Assembly: GCA_002633005.1 (NCBI GenBank)
Contig: NMRA01000094.1
Coordinates: 866,159-930,158 of the forward strand
Origin: Phoronis australis
Taxonomy: Eukaryota; Animalia; Phoronida
Direction of reading: 5' to 3'
Length of the DNA: 64,000 nucleotides
Shown in pieces: positions 12,950 through 26,070 of this stretch (position 1 is its first letter; every line of letters begins with the position of its first letter). The notes beneath the pieces were generated by a model. That model was not told the DNA's origin. It worked only from the letters and a program-made list of their open reading frames with translations, and ran no database searches. The translations under genes were made by a program, and so were the position numbers.

Positions 12950-13440
12950 ACATCCCTCAGTTGACTTTAAGGCTCCTTGACACACATCCCTGTTTGACAC
13001 CTCCTTGGCGGCCCATAATCTGGTCAACAAAGGGCCCCCTGGTTGACACCTTAGCACACATCCCCCAGTCGACAACGGCTCCTAGGCTCCCCCTGTTGAC
13101 ACCTCCTTGGTGCAATCCCCTGATCGACAAAGGGTCCTTGCCACCCTGGTCCACACCTTGGTGTACCCCCACAGTCGACAAAGGTTCCTTGACTCCTCCT
13201 GTTGACACCTCCCCTGGTCGACAAAATCTCCTTGCCCCCCCCCATTGACAACTCCTTGGTATCCCCTCTGCAGTCGACAAAGACTCTTTGCGTCCTCTTC
13301 CATGTCGACATCTCCTTGGCGCCTCCTGTCACGGTTGACAAAGACTCCTTACGTCCCCCTCCCCTATTGACACCTCCTTGCTGCCACTTTGGCTGGTCGC
13401 TGTGTAATCCGTCCTCCCCCAGGTTAACAGTTGCCACCTT
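12950..13440. repeat. Degenerate GC-rich tandem repeat (~55-63-bp dimeric unit)
   Basis: Alternating cagtcgacaaagg.tccttg and cccctgttgacacctccttgg motifs. Confidence 0.75.
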
Positions 13441-14079
13441 TCCCCTGGTAGTCCCCAGCTTAAGAATCGCCACTTAACCTAGATCACCCCACCTCGGTGG
13501 TTTTTTTCTTCCATAGCCAACCCCCACCCCCGGGAGGTCACCCCATACACAATATATAAACATCCACGTATTGAACATTGCTAAAAATCCCCCATTGCGG
13601 GTATCATGTCTTCTTATCCCAATAACCTCATTGCGGGGGAACTGTGTACAAGAATAATGACAGGACAAGTTTTCACGGATATGGAGTCATTTTTTAATGG
13701 TTGAAAATTCTTCACATTAAATTTAGACCGGGTGAAAGAAATACCCGGGGTCATTTTTAAAAGTGAAAAAATGACCCATGGTTCATTTTTTCACGTGGTC
13801 ATTATTTAATGCAACAGCAGCATCGATCACCCCACCGACGCAATCGATAGACACCTACACAGAGTCTAAACTGCAAGGGCAGATCCAAGATTTTAAGTTA
13901 GGGGTGCTAGGGCAGAGTATTAGCCAGGAATTTGCCCATCAAACATTCGCACTACCTAACTGGGCCAGCAAAGACGATTAAATACAATTAAACAGCAAGA
14001 CTTCACTTACTAACATACAGTACCATACTATCATAGAGCCAGAGGCACCGCAATGCTGAGGGGACGGGGCCCGAGGGTG

Positions 14080-14455
14080 AAGATTTATTATGCATTTATT
14101 CGGTCATATTTTAATTATTGTCTTCTTTGGCACTTATGTGATGTCCAGAAAGTCCAAAAAATGGAAAAGACTCAATATCGGGCCTTAAAATTTATTTTCA
14201 ATGACCACAGTCATCATATTCAATCTTTCTTTCTAAATCAAACTCCACCCTGTTTTTGTTCAAAGGCTACAATGTCTAGGGATGGCTGTTTTCAAGCATA
14301 TGAATCAGATAGGCCCTTGCCCACTCCAGTGTCAGACGTCTGCCCTATGAAGTATGAGGAAAAACACTCTGTGACTATGTTTTGTAAGTTTCACCACTAC
14401 ATCCTATGGACTTACGTAATTCTATTCACCACCAGGGGGTATCTTTATGGAACAA
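14080..14455 (+). mobile_element. Degenerate 3' fragment of a CR1/L2-group LINE ORF2
   Basis: IYYAFIRSYFNYCLLWHLC...KMEKTQYRALKFIFND and later ...TSYGL...HQGVSLWN resemble the post-RT C-terminal region of these LINEs. Confidence 0.7.
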
Positions 14456-16320
14456 GTTGACGCCTTCTCCATGGCTCCGTGGCTTAACCGGACCCCTACC
14501 CCCATCCCTCCTCACATTCTAGACCACCTCCTCTCCTCATCCCTTGCACCCGCTACCATTTGCGCTTACTCCCGCATTGTCCACCATTTCACCTCCTTCC
14601 ACTCCACCCACTCCCCCCTCCGACCCCCCTTTCCCGTGTCCTTGGCCACTGTGTCCTCCTACATCGCCCACCTCTACTCCTTTGGTTTCTCCTCCGCCAC
14701 CATACATTCCTATATTTCGGCTCTCAGTTTCGTCCATAAGCTCTACTCCCTCCCTGACCCTACCTCCTCCTTCTACATTCGTCGACTCCTTCGCGGAGTT
14801 TCCAAATCACGTCCCTCCTCCGACACCCGCCTCCCCATCACCTATGACATCCTCACCTTCCTCATCGACTCTATCCCTAACTGCATTCACAATCCCTTCA
14901 ACATCGCCCTCTTTAAGGCCATTTCCTCCTTGCGTTCCACGCCTTCCTCCGCATCGGCGAATTTACCCTCCCTTCCCTTTCCTCCGATCACTCGCTCACC
15001 CTCCAACGCTCTTCCATCCAATTTTTCTCCCCACCCTCTCAACCCCCCCCCCTACATGACCGTCACCATCTCCAATTTCAAACACCACCATTCCACTCCC
15101 ATTATCCTTTACATTCCTTCCTCTCCCTCTCCTTATTGTCCTGTTGCCCACCTCCGGACCTATCTGGCCTTATCCCCCCATTTGTCTGGCCCCTTTTCCG
15201 TCTCGCCGACTCCTCCCCCGTCACACGTTCCTTCTTCACCCACCAGCTCAATGCCGTCATAACCTCTGCCTCCCTTGACCCCTCCCTCTACAAGTATCAC
15301 AGTTTCCGCATCGGCGCCGCCACCTCTGCCGCCGCTCTCAGCCTCCCGGAGCCCGTCATCCAACGCATGGGCCGCTGGATGTCCGACGCTGTCAAGGGAT
15401 ACATCCGCATGTCAGTTTCCCCCCCACCTCGTCCCTAATTTCCCCCTTCCTCTTGTCTCTCCCTTCCCCTGCCTTCCCCAGGCCACCCGTTACCTCCCAT
15501 TGGTGTCAGTATTGCCTGCACCTCCCTCGCTGGTGTCCGTATTGCCTGCACCTTCCCCATCCACTCCGTCCCCTTCGTTACGTATATCGTTAGTCTCACT
15601 TGTAGTTTATTTTGTATTTTGTATTTTATTTTTTCTTCAGTCACCTTACCAGTCCTTATATACTCCCTGTTAGACATTTTGTTAGGCCTCGGGCTATATT
15701 TTGTATTCATTTATTCTTAACTTATTACTCTACCTTTATAATCCGACTATTGTTAGCTTTATTTCTCTTATGTTAGCTATTTTGTTATTCTCTGTTAGCC
15801 ATTTTTTATATTGTCCTTATCTTTGATTTTTTCGTTTCTCTCTCGTTTCCTTTTAGTTTGCGTATCCCGCTTTGCGCTCTAGCTTACCTGTTAGTTTGTT
15901 GAATTTAAGTTCCTTATTTCTCCCTTGTTTTTCCGTCATTTATCTACTTTTTTCCTGCCACGACGCAGGGTGAGACAACACCGGCACCTGTTCCAGTCCA
16001 GGCAATCGTACCTCCCCCTCTGGTTTGGCACCCGGAGTTAGGGTTGGGTATCCGGCTGATAGCGTTTGTAAGTAGTCCTGCACACTTTTCTTTTCATTTC
16101 TCTCCGTTCGTGCGTCCCTGCAGATGGGCATGAGCTGTCTTACAACATCTCTTGTGGCGCTTTTTATTGCCCATCTTACCAGAGATTACCTATTATACGT
16201 TATTTACCTGTATTCATTTTATTGTAATTGTACTAGTCATAATAAATGACCTTATATCCTCTACCTCCGTCTCCTTTTCATCTCTGGTAAGGAGCTTGCG
16301 ACGCACGTCTCATTTATCTA
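14453..16320 (+). mobile_element. 5'-truncated DIRS-order (Ngaro/PAT-like) tyrosine-recombinase retrotransposon
   Basis: RT/RH ORF-tail-like QVDAF.MAPWLNRTPTPIP, then YR ORF, then a non-coding 3' region with AATAAA at ~16240; strong C/T strand bias. Confidence 0.8.
14520..15438 (+). pseudogene. Tyrosine recombinase pseudogene (at least 3 frameshifts)
   Basis: SLAPATICAY...YISALSFVHKL...RLPIT; shifted LAFHAFLRIGEFT (~14929-14967); CPV; PLF...HSFRIGAAT...MGRWMSDAVKGYIR (catalytic R, HxxR, W, Y). Confidence 0.9.
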
Positions 16321-16855
16321 TTATTCGGAACACACGTCGATCATAAATAAGATGTTGCCAATACTTTTATATATAGTAAATATATAGACGCTGAGGTTGG
16401 CCAGAAGTGAAATATATCAAATAAACACAGACAAATCAGGAACCCCAAATGGGAATCAAACCACAGGTCTCTAGATTGCCGGTCTAGAGCTTTTATGAAT
16501 AAGTTAAGTTGCCATAGGCTACGCCAAGCTTGTGAATGCCAACTGCACTGTCAACTACTGTGTTTTGATGCTTGATAAGTCATGATTGTATTCTGTACAT
16601 AGCCCTTCTCAGTACCACTTTTATACATATCATTTTATATCGGTCACTAGCACTTGTGCTACGCCTACTGTTTTGCTGTTAACAGGGCCTGATCCAAGAA
16701 ACTGACTTAAGTTCATTTTTGACTTAAGTTTAAGATTTGTGTTAACTTCCAAACTTTGAAACTTCCATATTCGGTGAGTTAGTCAAAATTAAGACAAAAT
16801 TTATGTCAAACACTTAAGTCAAACTTAAGATCTCTTTCTTGAATTGGCTTTGAGA

Positions 16856-19534
16856 TAGGGACGTGACATAATCTTATCTAATCGCTGATTGGTTCTCCGA
16901 TAATGGCGGTCACCGCTTTTTAACCATTGTTTGAACCTACCCCTCGAAAATCCACTTGCTCTCCGTAAAAACTGTAGGAACAAAGTACTGAAGGTTTTGA
17001 TGACGTAGAACACAGATTCCTGAATGTATACGTCATAAAATAAGTTGTTTTCACATTTTCATTCCCATGCTGTTCGAGTAGGAAAGTTGTTGTTCATCGT
17101 CAAGTCATCGCATTTCTTCAGGTAAGTTACATTGTTGTATGAATATATTACATCGCATAAATTTAACCCTTTATGAATCTACATGCCGATTTTTATAAAG
17201 ATCTATCAATGCCCTCATAGCTTTTTCAATCCCCAACTATGGTACTCGGATTTGTAGTGTTACAGCCATGTTGGATGAACGGAAATTTGCTTGGTCTTGA
17301 AACGAATCTTTTTTCTCGTGACCTGTTCCTTTTCTGCTTTTTTGCGTTTTGAAAGTTGCCAAGTACAAGTTAGATTTACATTTGGAGATATTAATTGTTA
17401 TTTGTGGTCTAAATACAATGATTCTTGTTGATTTTTGTCGCAGGAACCCAGGTCACGTGACATGGTTCTGACAATGTGATTGGTTTATTTGTTAAATAAA
17501 TGAACAGCGGCTGCCAAACTAAGAACAGCTGACTGACGAATGTAAACAGTGCACATTTCTGGATGAGCTATGAAATGCTTTATATTCATATTGACAGAAG
17601 AAATGATTTCATCAATGCATTTTCATTGTTCTTGTTATTTCAAACTTGCTTGATAAATTTCAATATGAAATTTTGTTCTTTGTTTTCAACATATTTTTAT
17701 GGTAAAAGTGGTTTCTTTACAATCTCACCTCAAGAAACTTAGATGGAAACAAACTTCTTTGATAACTGATAGTAGATGTCATTTTTGTAAAACAACATTT
17801 CATCAACGTGTTTTCAGTGCTGAAATGAAGTGCATTATTGTTAGCCAATTTTTAGTTCATTTTAATACACAGCCAGTGAAGTACAATTACCTTTTTGTAT
17901 TTGCAAAAAGGACGTTCTTTGGTATAAACATTCAGAATCACAAATTTCAACATTTTTTTTTTATTTTCAGGATGCCACCAAAAAAGAAAAGAAAGCTGTC
18001 GCTAGTTTCTGATAAACCTGGCTTAGCTCGTCAGTACCTGGAAGAGCAAAAATACTTAATAAGTTATTGGCAAGAAGAAGAAGATGAAGACTCTGCTTTG
18101 GACTATGATATACATAAATATGAATTAGCTGCAGATTTTGTTAATAAAGATTTTCTGCTGAGAAAAAGTGTCACAACACGTATTGGGCTGGTAGGGTACT
18201 TATGTTGAGGATGCTATGTTTTGTTATGTTGTGAATATGCTGATGAAGTACTAGTTTACAAACAATCCCGGGTCTTCCGGTGTGCCAGTTACCATAACAA
18301 TTTGGCGAGTCTTGTTTTGCAAGACTTTTTGTGTAAATGAGTATGGTAATATTCCATCGTTACCGTTATTATTTATTTCATTATCAAATAATGGCATATT
18401 TTGCACCACCTGCTGGCAATTTAAAAACACGAGTACGTTGGTGACATCAGCTTTCCTGTTTGCCAAATTTCTCAAATTATCATAATGATAAGAAGGCTAC
18501 TGCTGACGCTTATTTCTGGGCAGGTTCGACTACTGTGGTGACCCGTAGTGGCAATTTTTTTTTATTTTTTACGATTGCCTCGGTGTCATGTGAGTTCCTT
18601 GATGAATCATCATGAAATTCAGCATATAAGCTCTACGAAAGAGATGATGGCGCCTTCATATTTTCGGATGGGTTTGACATTTATGTATATATTTTTTCTA
18701 TTTCTTAAAGTTGTAAGTCAATTTTGCATCACTTTTGACATCAATAGTGTTTTGAAATCAAAACACACATTCTACAAAATTGGACACTCATCCACATCTT
18801 CTACTGCGTTCATCAGTGTTTGAAGTGTCTGTGCTTTGTTGGGTATCACACAACGTCTCATACATTGCCCACATCGCTCTGCTCCAAACTATGTTTAGAA
18901 TCGTCACGTTATGAAGGGTAGTGTGCTCACATTGAGGAGAGCATTGACTTGCTTTTCAGTTCCGCATTGCTCTTGTTATAGAAAGTGTTCATGTTCTTAC
19001 AATAAAGATGACACTATGGTTATTCAAGTCCGTTTTGGTAATTAGTTGATTACTAATTAATACTTATTTTCTACGTATAATTAACAAAAAGGTTGTATTT
19101 TTATGTATTGTTACTCTTAATTAAGCTCCCGTAGCTTTAGAATCCTATTAGTGTTACATCTAGAGAAAGAATTGTGAGAATTTTCTCTTGACTAATTAAC
19201 TTAATTACAATCAGTTAATCATTCCAGTCAAGAATTGTCTTGATGTTTATCAAACCAGATTCTAAACATTATTATCTTTCAAACAAAAAAAGTTTCATTT
19301 AAATTGGTTGAGAACTGCGAAGTTATGATTATATGTTGTAAAAATACTAATATAATGCGTCATGTTTTGGGCTAAAACAATAGGACAATTAGTAGCTTCA
19401 AAAGCGATCATTACAATGTAATATCTCTGGAAGTATTTTAGGTATAAATGTAAAAAAGATATTTTTGGAAAGCTTTCTAATGACATCAAAATTAATGGTA
19501 AGTTTTGAAAAAAAAATTTTTTGTCACGTCCCTA
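16856..19534. mobile_element. 2.68-kb DNA transposon derivative with 13-bp TIR and 9-bp TSD (MULE- or AcademH-like)
   Basis: TAGGGACGTGACA...TGTCACGTCCCTA, exact TSD GCTTTGAGA on both sides; minus-strand GHHSSRTCP zinc-knuckle remnant at ~18515-18553. Confidence 0.85.
17972..18208 (+). pseudogene. Transposon-borne ORF remnant starting MPPKKKRK (NLS)
   Basis: Strong acceptor ttttttttattttcag|gATG at 17970; upstream donor cag|gtaagt at ~17121; acidic stretch EEEDED. Confidence 0.4.
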
Positions 19535-19661
19535 GCTTTGAGACAAATCTAATTTTTAATTTCAAATTTCCTAAAATTTAAGATTTGTCTTAGCTAAGTC
19601 AGTTTTGTGGGAACGGGCCCCAGCTGTTCCATACAGATGTAAAACAAGTAATAATACTCAA

Positions 19662-22600
19662 GTACTAGTCCACGAGAGCACCAGCCATGAGCGGCAAGGT
19701 GGGGGTCAACCGATTTTCACCAAATTTGGCACATAGGTAGTCCTATGGGATCTATAAACAGCGGTAAAATATTTCTTGAAAATATTGCGTTTTTCTAAAG
19801 TTATAGGCTCAAACACATTTTACGGCTTCGCAGCCATGTTTTCACGGTATAAAAACTGTCCAGTTTTAACTGTTCAGATTTTTCCTTGAATGAAAGCTAT
19901 TGATTTATTGTTCACTTGGCATTGTTTAGTGGTGCCTGTAGATTGTTACACAGATGTCTTGAAACACGATTCCGATTTACCACCCTCATTTAGTAGTTTT
20001 ACTACACTGCCCCCCGTTATGCCATTTTGAGGTTGTGTTCAGTACACTGCTGTACCAAATCTGCCCCCACTGTTATGAGAATGAAACTTAGCCAAAATGT
20101 TGACAAAACATGTTACTTTCATTTCATAAAATAAAAACTTTGTCAGCCAGTTTATTAGTTATATATTTTGGCACCTCAAATGTACTAAAATGAGAAATTT
20201 TCATATATCTGAGATCGATGCGTGAGCACCGTAAAATCCGATTGTCCTTTATGTTTTTCGATATTTTGCAACAAGTTAGTTCCTCCTGAATGTTTTGAAC
20301 GTTTTACTACTGATCACTTAGGGCTATAGTACCCCTAAATACCATACATGGCTCCATTTTGTAAAAAGCCGATTATGTCCTCCACAGTGAACAGGGTTAG
20401 ACATGAACTCGACAAATGTAGGTTATTTTGATTTACAGTTGTTTTACTTTGCAATTTCCTCATGGGTATTTCTTCACACATATTCAAGTCAGATTTTCTG
20501 TTGATCAAATGTTCATGCAATGCATTGTAATATCAAATGAAGGGTAAGTTTTGTTGCATGACCGCAATTTTTCCCACGACTTAAAACAAAAGACCGCAGA
20601 AATTTTCCTGACGAAATACCGGGTTTGCAGTTCTGTAAAAACATTCGAATGACAAGACAAACTCCACCACTGTCCATGGCAACTCGTCGCATGTTTTTCG
20701 CCCATCGGTCCTATCATTGTTTTCCTTTGTTGTGTCATTGTTGGATGTAACAACACAGGTCGCATGGATATAGAACCTTGCGTACATCACACCGTTGCCG
20801 ATAAGTGCTCGTCATTATATCTTTATTATAACAACGGAAACAATGAAGATGCTAATCTATTGTTCTCTATGCGACCAGGTTTCCCGTGGATGACCACAGA
20901 AGAGGAATCCCAAAGTATCCACAAACAATGACCACGCACCTTAGTAACTATTACCGCGCACACGAATCCTTTCCGTGGAACCTAAACACCAAATTTTTAT
21001 ATCCGTGTATTGTGTTGTATTGCTCATGGTACGGGTTCAGACTCTGTTGTATTAAGATTCCAATCCCCAACCCTGTAATATGTAGTTTGAGTAAAATTTC
21101 TAGACAATGCAGGTTTATGGATTTATTCTCCTTCAAATGAAGAGTAAAAATCAAATTCTGCACAGGTTTTTTAAAAGTAATCACTTATTGGAAGATCACA
21201 CATCTAAAAAATAAAACAATGTTTGACAATTTTATTCATTATCTTATTTGAAAATTGCCTACCTCACAGACAACTCATCTAAGTTGAAAATATTCCTTGT
21301 GAAAAAATATAAAATACCAACCAGAGACTTGTGTACTACAAAATATGTTTTCGTAATACAATGCAAAGATAACTGTACAGTCAAAAGTGCAAATGTTATG
21401 ACTCTAATAAAAAATTGCCTTCTAGATCTTTTCAACACTCTAATTGCTACAGGACAGAGTCAACCACACAAAGCTCATAAAGTCAGGGAATTACATTTAA
21501 GGTGATGTAGTCTCACTGCGAAAAAGTGATTTCGCAATATCGCTGACAACACTGGAAATCTCTTCTTCACAAACTTGAGGTAGCTGTATTTACCACATCA
21601 ATGTTCTTATCAAAACTAACCACCACAAAATGAAAAATTGGCTTGTCGGTTCCAATTAGGCAGCATTTTACAATGAAATGGTCATGAAAAAATACTTTTG
21701 CAACATGGTTTGCATTACAATTGCCCTACGATTACAGTTGTACATACATACTAGACCAGTAACAAAATTACCCATGGGAACCATAAAATGGTCAATTCGC
21801 CAAAAAAACAAGGAGCCACCAGAGCTAATGTGCCAATACTTTTCAGTACTGCAACAAAAAATCATTTGAAGTGGACATAAACTCGCCTAAAATCACATAA
21901 AACAACTTTTGATTTAGATATTTTACCATCACGAAATAGGTATTACTTCCAGGTCACTTTTGAGCAATTTCAGAACTTTGAAAGATCTGGCAATATGCAA
22001 TTGCTAGAGACCAGACTAATAGTGTGCGATTTTATACACACAGCATGGTCTCAAGGAATAGCAAACTGTCAATTCGCTACAATTCCAGAAATCACTTCCC
22101 ATCTGGATAAGGAACAAACTGAGCAAAGTTTATAGAGGTAAATGGTCTAAATCAAAACTTATTACCTCCTGGACAGAATATGGGTTTACAACCCAGGCAG
22201 AAAGATAAGTTAACAAAACCAGCCTAACTGCAACAGGGTCTCAAATTTCAGTAATATATACCCATTTACAAACAAAAATCTATAATGGTAAATAAAATGC
22301 GGAAACATAAATTCAGATCAATTACGCATCTTCAAGGAAAAGGAATAGTACAGTGGTCAGAAATCATCTAAATGTGATGGCGACACTGAGAAATCCTGTA
22401 AGACCAAAAAATCCAGTGGCTAAACAAAATGAACAATGTACCATTACCATGTGGCCCAGAATCATACTCCGTGCCTGGACAAAAAATTCAGTCTCAGACT
22501 AGGTAAATCTTAGATTTGTGCTGTTCACGCAAGCAGTTCTGGTGCAAACAAAGGTTGCGACAACACACAAGCCTACTTCCCTACACAGCTGTGCTGATAC

Positions 22601-25054
22601 AATAATGCCCCCCCTGGATTTAGCAGATCAGCCAGAGTATTTATAGGTCCAGCCACTGTACTGTATCCTCCCTTTGAATTTTTACAATGCTACATCCTTG
22701 ACAATCGCAGATTGCCTCTTTCCATGCATACTCCACTTCCTCTGTCCCAGTTTCCCCACATTTGCTGAAAGTGGCCTATCTCAACAACTTAGTTTGGACC
22801 TGTTGTGGTATAAGCCAGTAATCTTTGGCAAATACTTTTTCCCCAACTCGTTCCTCAAGCTACAAATTCTCTTTGACATATCTTCTGAGAGTAGTCTTTT
22901 CGGCCTCTCTCTAGACCCCTCACTTAGTTGTCCAGAAGGGTACCTTCTTGCTGGTTGTGAACTTTTCCATACCCAACNATCTTTGGCAAAAACTTTTTCC
23001 CCAACTCGTTCCTCAAGCTACAAATTCTCTTTGACATATCTTCTGGGAGTAGACGTTTCGGCCTCTCTCTAGCCCCCTCAATTAGTCGTCCAGAAGGGTA
23101 GCTTCTTGCTGGTTGTGAACTTTTCCATACCCAACCTTTACTAATAATCGGCAAGTCTCCAACTTCAGCAGAAGCCACTTCTTCAGCATAAGCCTTTCCT
23201 GATTCCTAAAATTGTATTAATGGAAAATTAAACATATTAAATTTAATGTGGCCATTTTGGCTCACAAAATATGAATACCAAGCTAAAGTGAAGACACCAA
23301 TATTTTTGACGGCTTTAACGTGTTTAATTAACTTCATAATCGCAGAAAATCATTAGTAGACAAAACATACTCCCTAGTCTCTAAAAGTAGTTCATGGGCA
23401 GAAGTCATGTTACACATTTGGTGGTTGTTATGAAAAGTTATGATGACTACCTATTTTCTATGCCAATGAATACATGTAGTAGCATAAACGTCAACACATT
23501 TGAATAAGATATGATTAAGCAATAAGGCCCAAGTTATAGGCAATCACGGTGTGTCAATAAAAGTATTTTAGCATGAATGACGTGCTTCTAAAAATATTCC
23601 TCAGGGTCAGACCCTGGAGTTTAGTGATTCCTACCTGAGCTCACACGAACAGGACGTTGAACCTTGACTTAACGTCTTTGGTCGTTTTTCAGACCTCTAT
23701 CAGATTTCTCCTCTAGTGTGCAGTGGATGTTCTAAGTGTCTTTGGCGACGCCTCGAGTGTTGTAACGATGATTCGGGCAAGTGAACCTAATACGGTAGAT
23801 TATGTAGCTCCTGCTGCACACAGTGCCTCCAAAGCAGACACTGAGACAGACTACTCAGGAGGACACGTTCCACCTCCACATCAGCTCCACGTACTCTTAT
23901 AAGGTGCTNGGCAGACACTGAGACAGACTACTCAGGAGGACACGTTCCACCTCCACATCAGCTCCACGTACTCTTATAAGGTGCTCTCAAATGTCTCGCT
24001 CTATACCTTGTGCATTTCCCTAGAGTTTCCAAAGTTGTTTCTCTCCGCAATTTGTAGAAATACCACATTTGATGCGACTGGCAGTGGCAGATAAATTCGC
24101 AAACCCGCACTTTAGGTCAGCCATCATTCAACTAACGCATTGTAACGCTTTAGTTTGGTATTCAGACGAATTGGATAAACAAATTTAGTATAATTTCATA
24201 TTTTATTGGGAAATTCTAGTGTCCTTAAAATTAATTAAACATTTAAGCAAACCAATTGTTTTAATAGTTGTATTATACCACGGCATATTAATGCGTAGAA
24301 ACGGCACACAACTAGTGTCTGGTTTAACATGACAAATACACATACGCAGTCTGAAAATAGTGAAATTCAGACACCTATTACCAAGCCTGCCTGAAGGGCT
24401 GACAAAGTTTTTATTGTATTAATTTNCACGGTATATTAATGCGTAGAAACGGCGCACAACTAGTGACTGGTTTAACATGACAAATACACATACGCGGTCT
24501 GACAATACTGAAATTCAGACACCAATTACCAAGCCTGCCTGAACGGCTGACAAAGTTTTTATTGTATTAATTTCAAGGGCATGGAGTCTTCTACATGTTC
24601 ATGTTATTATTTTTAGTTTTCTCGTGGGGGCAGCTTCGCTATAAGGGTACAGCTTACTGCTGGTTTTTCACAAGGCGGAAACGTACCTCCACGGAAACAG
24701 TTACAGTGTTACCATGGTAACCGATATTGCAGTGTCGGTGCCGTTTTTACTGACATTGATCATGAACCTATCATGAGATATCAAAATTGTTCAGAAACGA
24801 TTCTGTTTGAAGCAGAAACTGGAGTAGAAAGTTTGGTCAAAAATGACTCATTCCACACCCAGAAATTGCCTCATTTTGCCTCCAGAACACTTCCCTTGTA
24901 TCTCCTAAACCACCAAACTTTGTGGTGTCATACTTCACCCATTATTCTCTCATCCCTAATGTGATTTATCAGACTAAACACGGTTCTGAATGGTTGACCC
25001 CCCATCTTGCCGCTTGTTGGCTGTACTGTGGTCGGTGGATCCGTGGACTGATAC
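19662..25054. mobile_element. 5.4-kb TIR element at a TTAA-like site (Kolobok/piggyBac-type target), decayed interior
   Basis: Left end GTACTAGTCCACG...AGCGGCAAGGTGGGGGTCAACC; right end revcomp GTATCAGTCCACG...AGCGGCAAGATGGGGGTCAACC; flanks TCAA/TTAA. Confidence 0.7.
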
Positions 25055-25058
25055 TTAA

Positions 25059-25520
25059 GTACTAGTTCACGAGAGCACCAGCCATGAGCGGCAAGGCCGG
25101 GGTCAGCCGATTTTCAACAAATTTGGCATATAGGTAATCCTATGAGATCTATAAACAGCAGTAAAATATTTCCTCAAAATATTACGTTTTTCTAAAGTTA
25201 TAGGCTCGAACACATTTTACGGCTTCGCAGCCATGTTTTCACGGTATAATAACTGTCCAGTTTTAACTGTTCATATTTTTCCTTGATTGAAAGCTATTAA
25301 CAGCTTATTATATAAAATGACTTATTCTTATTAAAATGACATAGGCAAAAAATTGAATTTCGGACCTCAAAAGCGAGGCCCCTATATTAATATAGGAGGC
25401 CTCGCCGAAAGGAGGCCGGAGAGCGGGGCCCCCTATATTAATATTGGGGCCNTGAATGGTTGACCCCCCACCTTGCCGCTTGTTGGCTGTACTGTGGTCG
25501 GTGGATCCGTGGACTGATAC
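25059..25520. mobile_element. Second, tandem copy of the TTAA element (interrupted; single-N join)
   Basis: 25059-25298 near-identical to 19662-19900; right end repeated at 25453-25520 followed by TTAA. Confidence 0.6.
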
Positions 25521-25554
25521 TTAAGAGTAAAGTTTAGTCTATGCCTAATTAGCC

Positions 25555-26070
25555 TACTTACTTGGGGACGCTTAGATCAAGACAAACTTACCCGCCACTG
25601 TCGCAAGGTGTATCCAGCGCTACGACTGCGCTTATTCCGAGTCTGCGGCAGCTCGGTGGTTATATTTATCAATGATTTCATACTGATAGAGAAACTTTGG
25701 ACCTAGCCTACGTAACGAGCACAGGCGCTTGGGTTTATCTGTTCCTCGATCGCAAATGACATCACTCACTACTACATACAATGAGATAAATATAAGTATA
25801 TAACTCATTGACTACATATTTCTTATATATGGTTATGAGTGATCTGGAAATCCGAGCGCCTGTGGTACGAGTAGCCGGAAAACTCAATTCTCCGCCAGGT
25901 GGTGCACGGCACCCTAAGCGTCCTCTGACTGCAATGAGCAATATTAAACCATAGATTGTTGGTCTACGGCAGCTCGTACACAACATTCAGCTAGGGCGCA
26001 TAACCAGCTGGGCTATCCCAGTTGATATCGGTGACTATTTTAATACTTAAAACTGTCTAGCTCGCGTGTT
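25555..26070. promoter_or_regulatory. Candidate CpG-enriched bidirectional promoter / 5'UTR exon region
   Basis: Local CpG enrichment, minus-strand donor GCGG|GTAAGT at 25591, CRE-like TGACATCA ~25758, CTCF-like CCGCCAGGTGGTGC 25892-25905. Confidence 0.3.

Larger units (their letters stand above)
16686..19620. mobile_element. PIF/Harbinger-like MITE split by an internal insertion
   Basis: Imperfect TIRs GGCCTGATCCAAGAAACTGACTTA / revcomp GGGCCCGTTCCCACAAAACTGACTTA, flanked by CAG on both sides. Confidence 0.65.

Noticed and set aside
20730-20810. Possible PHD-finger-like remnant (CDV..../HATCV) on the minus strand
   Set aside because: Needs a frameshift and lacks several ligand residues; too weak to call.
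22820-23136. ~157-bp direct duplication around the single N at 22978
   Set aside because: Duplications flanking a lone N indicate unmerged contig or haplotype overlap, not biology.
23835-24573. Direct duplications around the single Ns at 23909 and 24426
   Set aside because: Same assembly-overlap signature.
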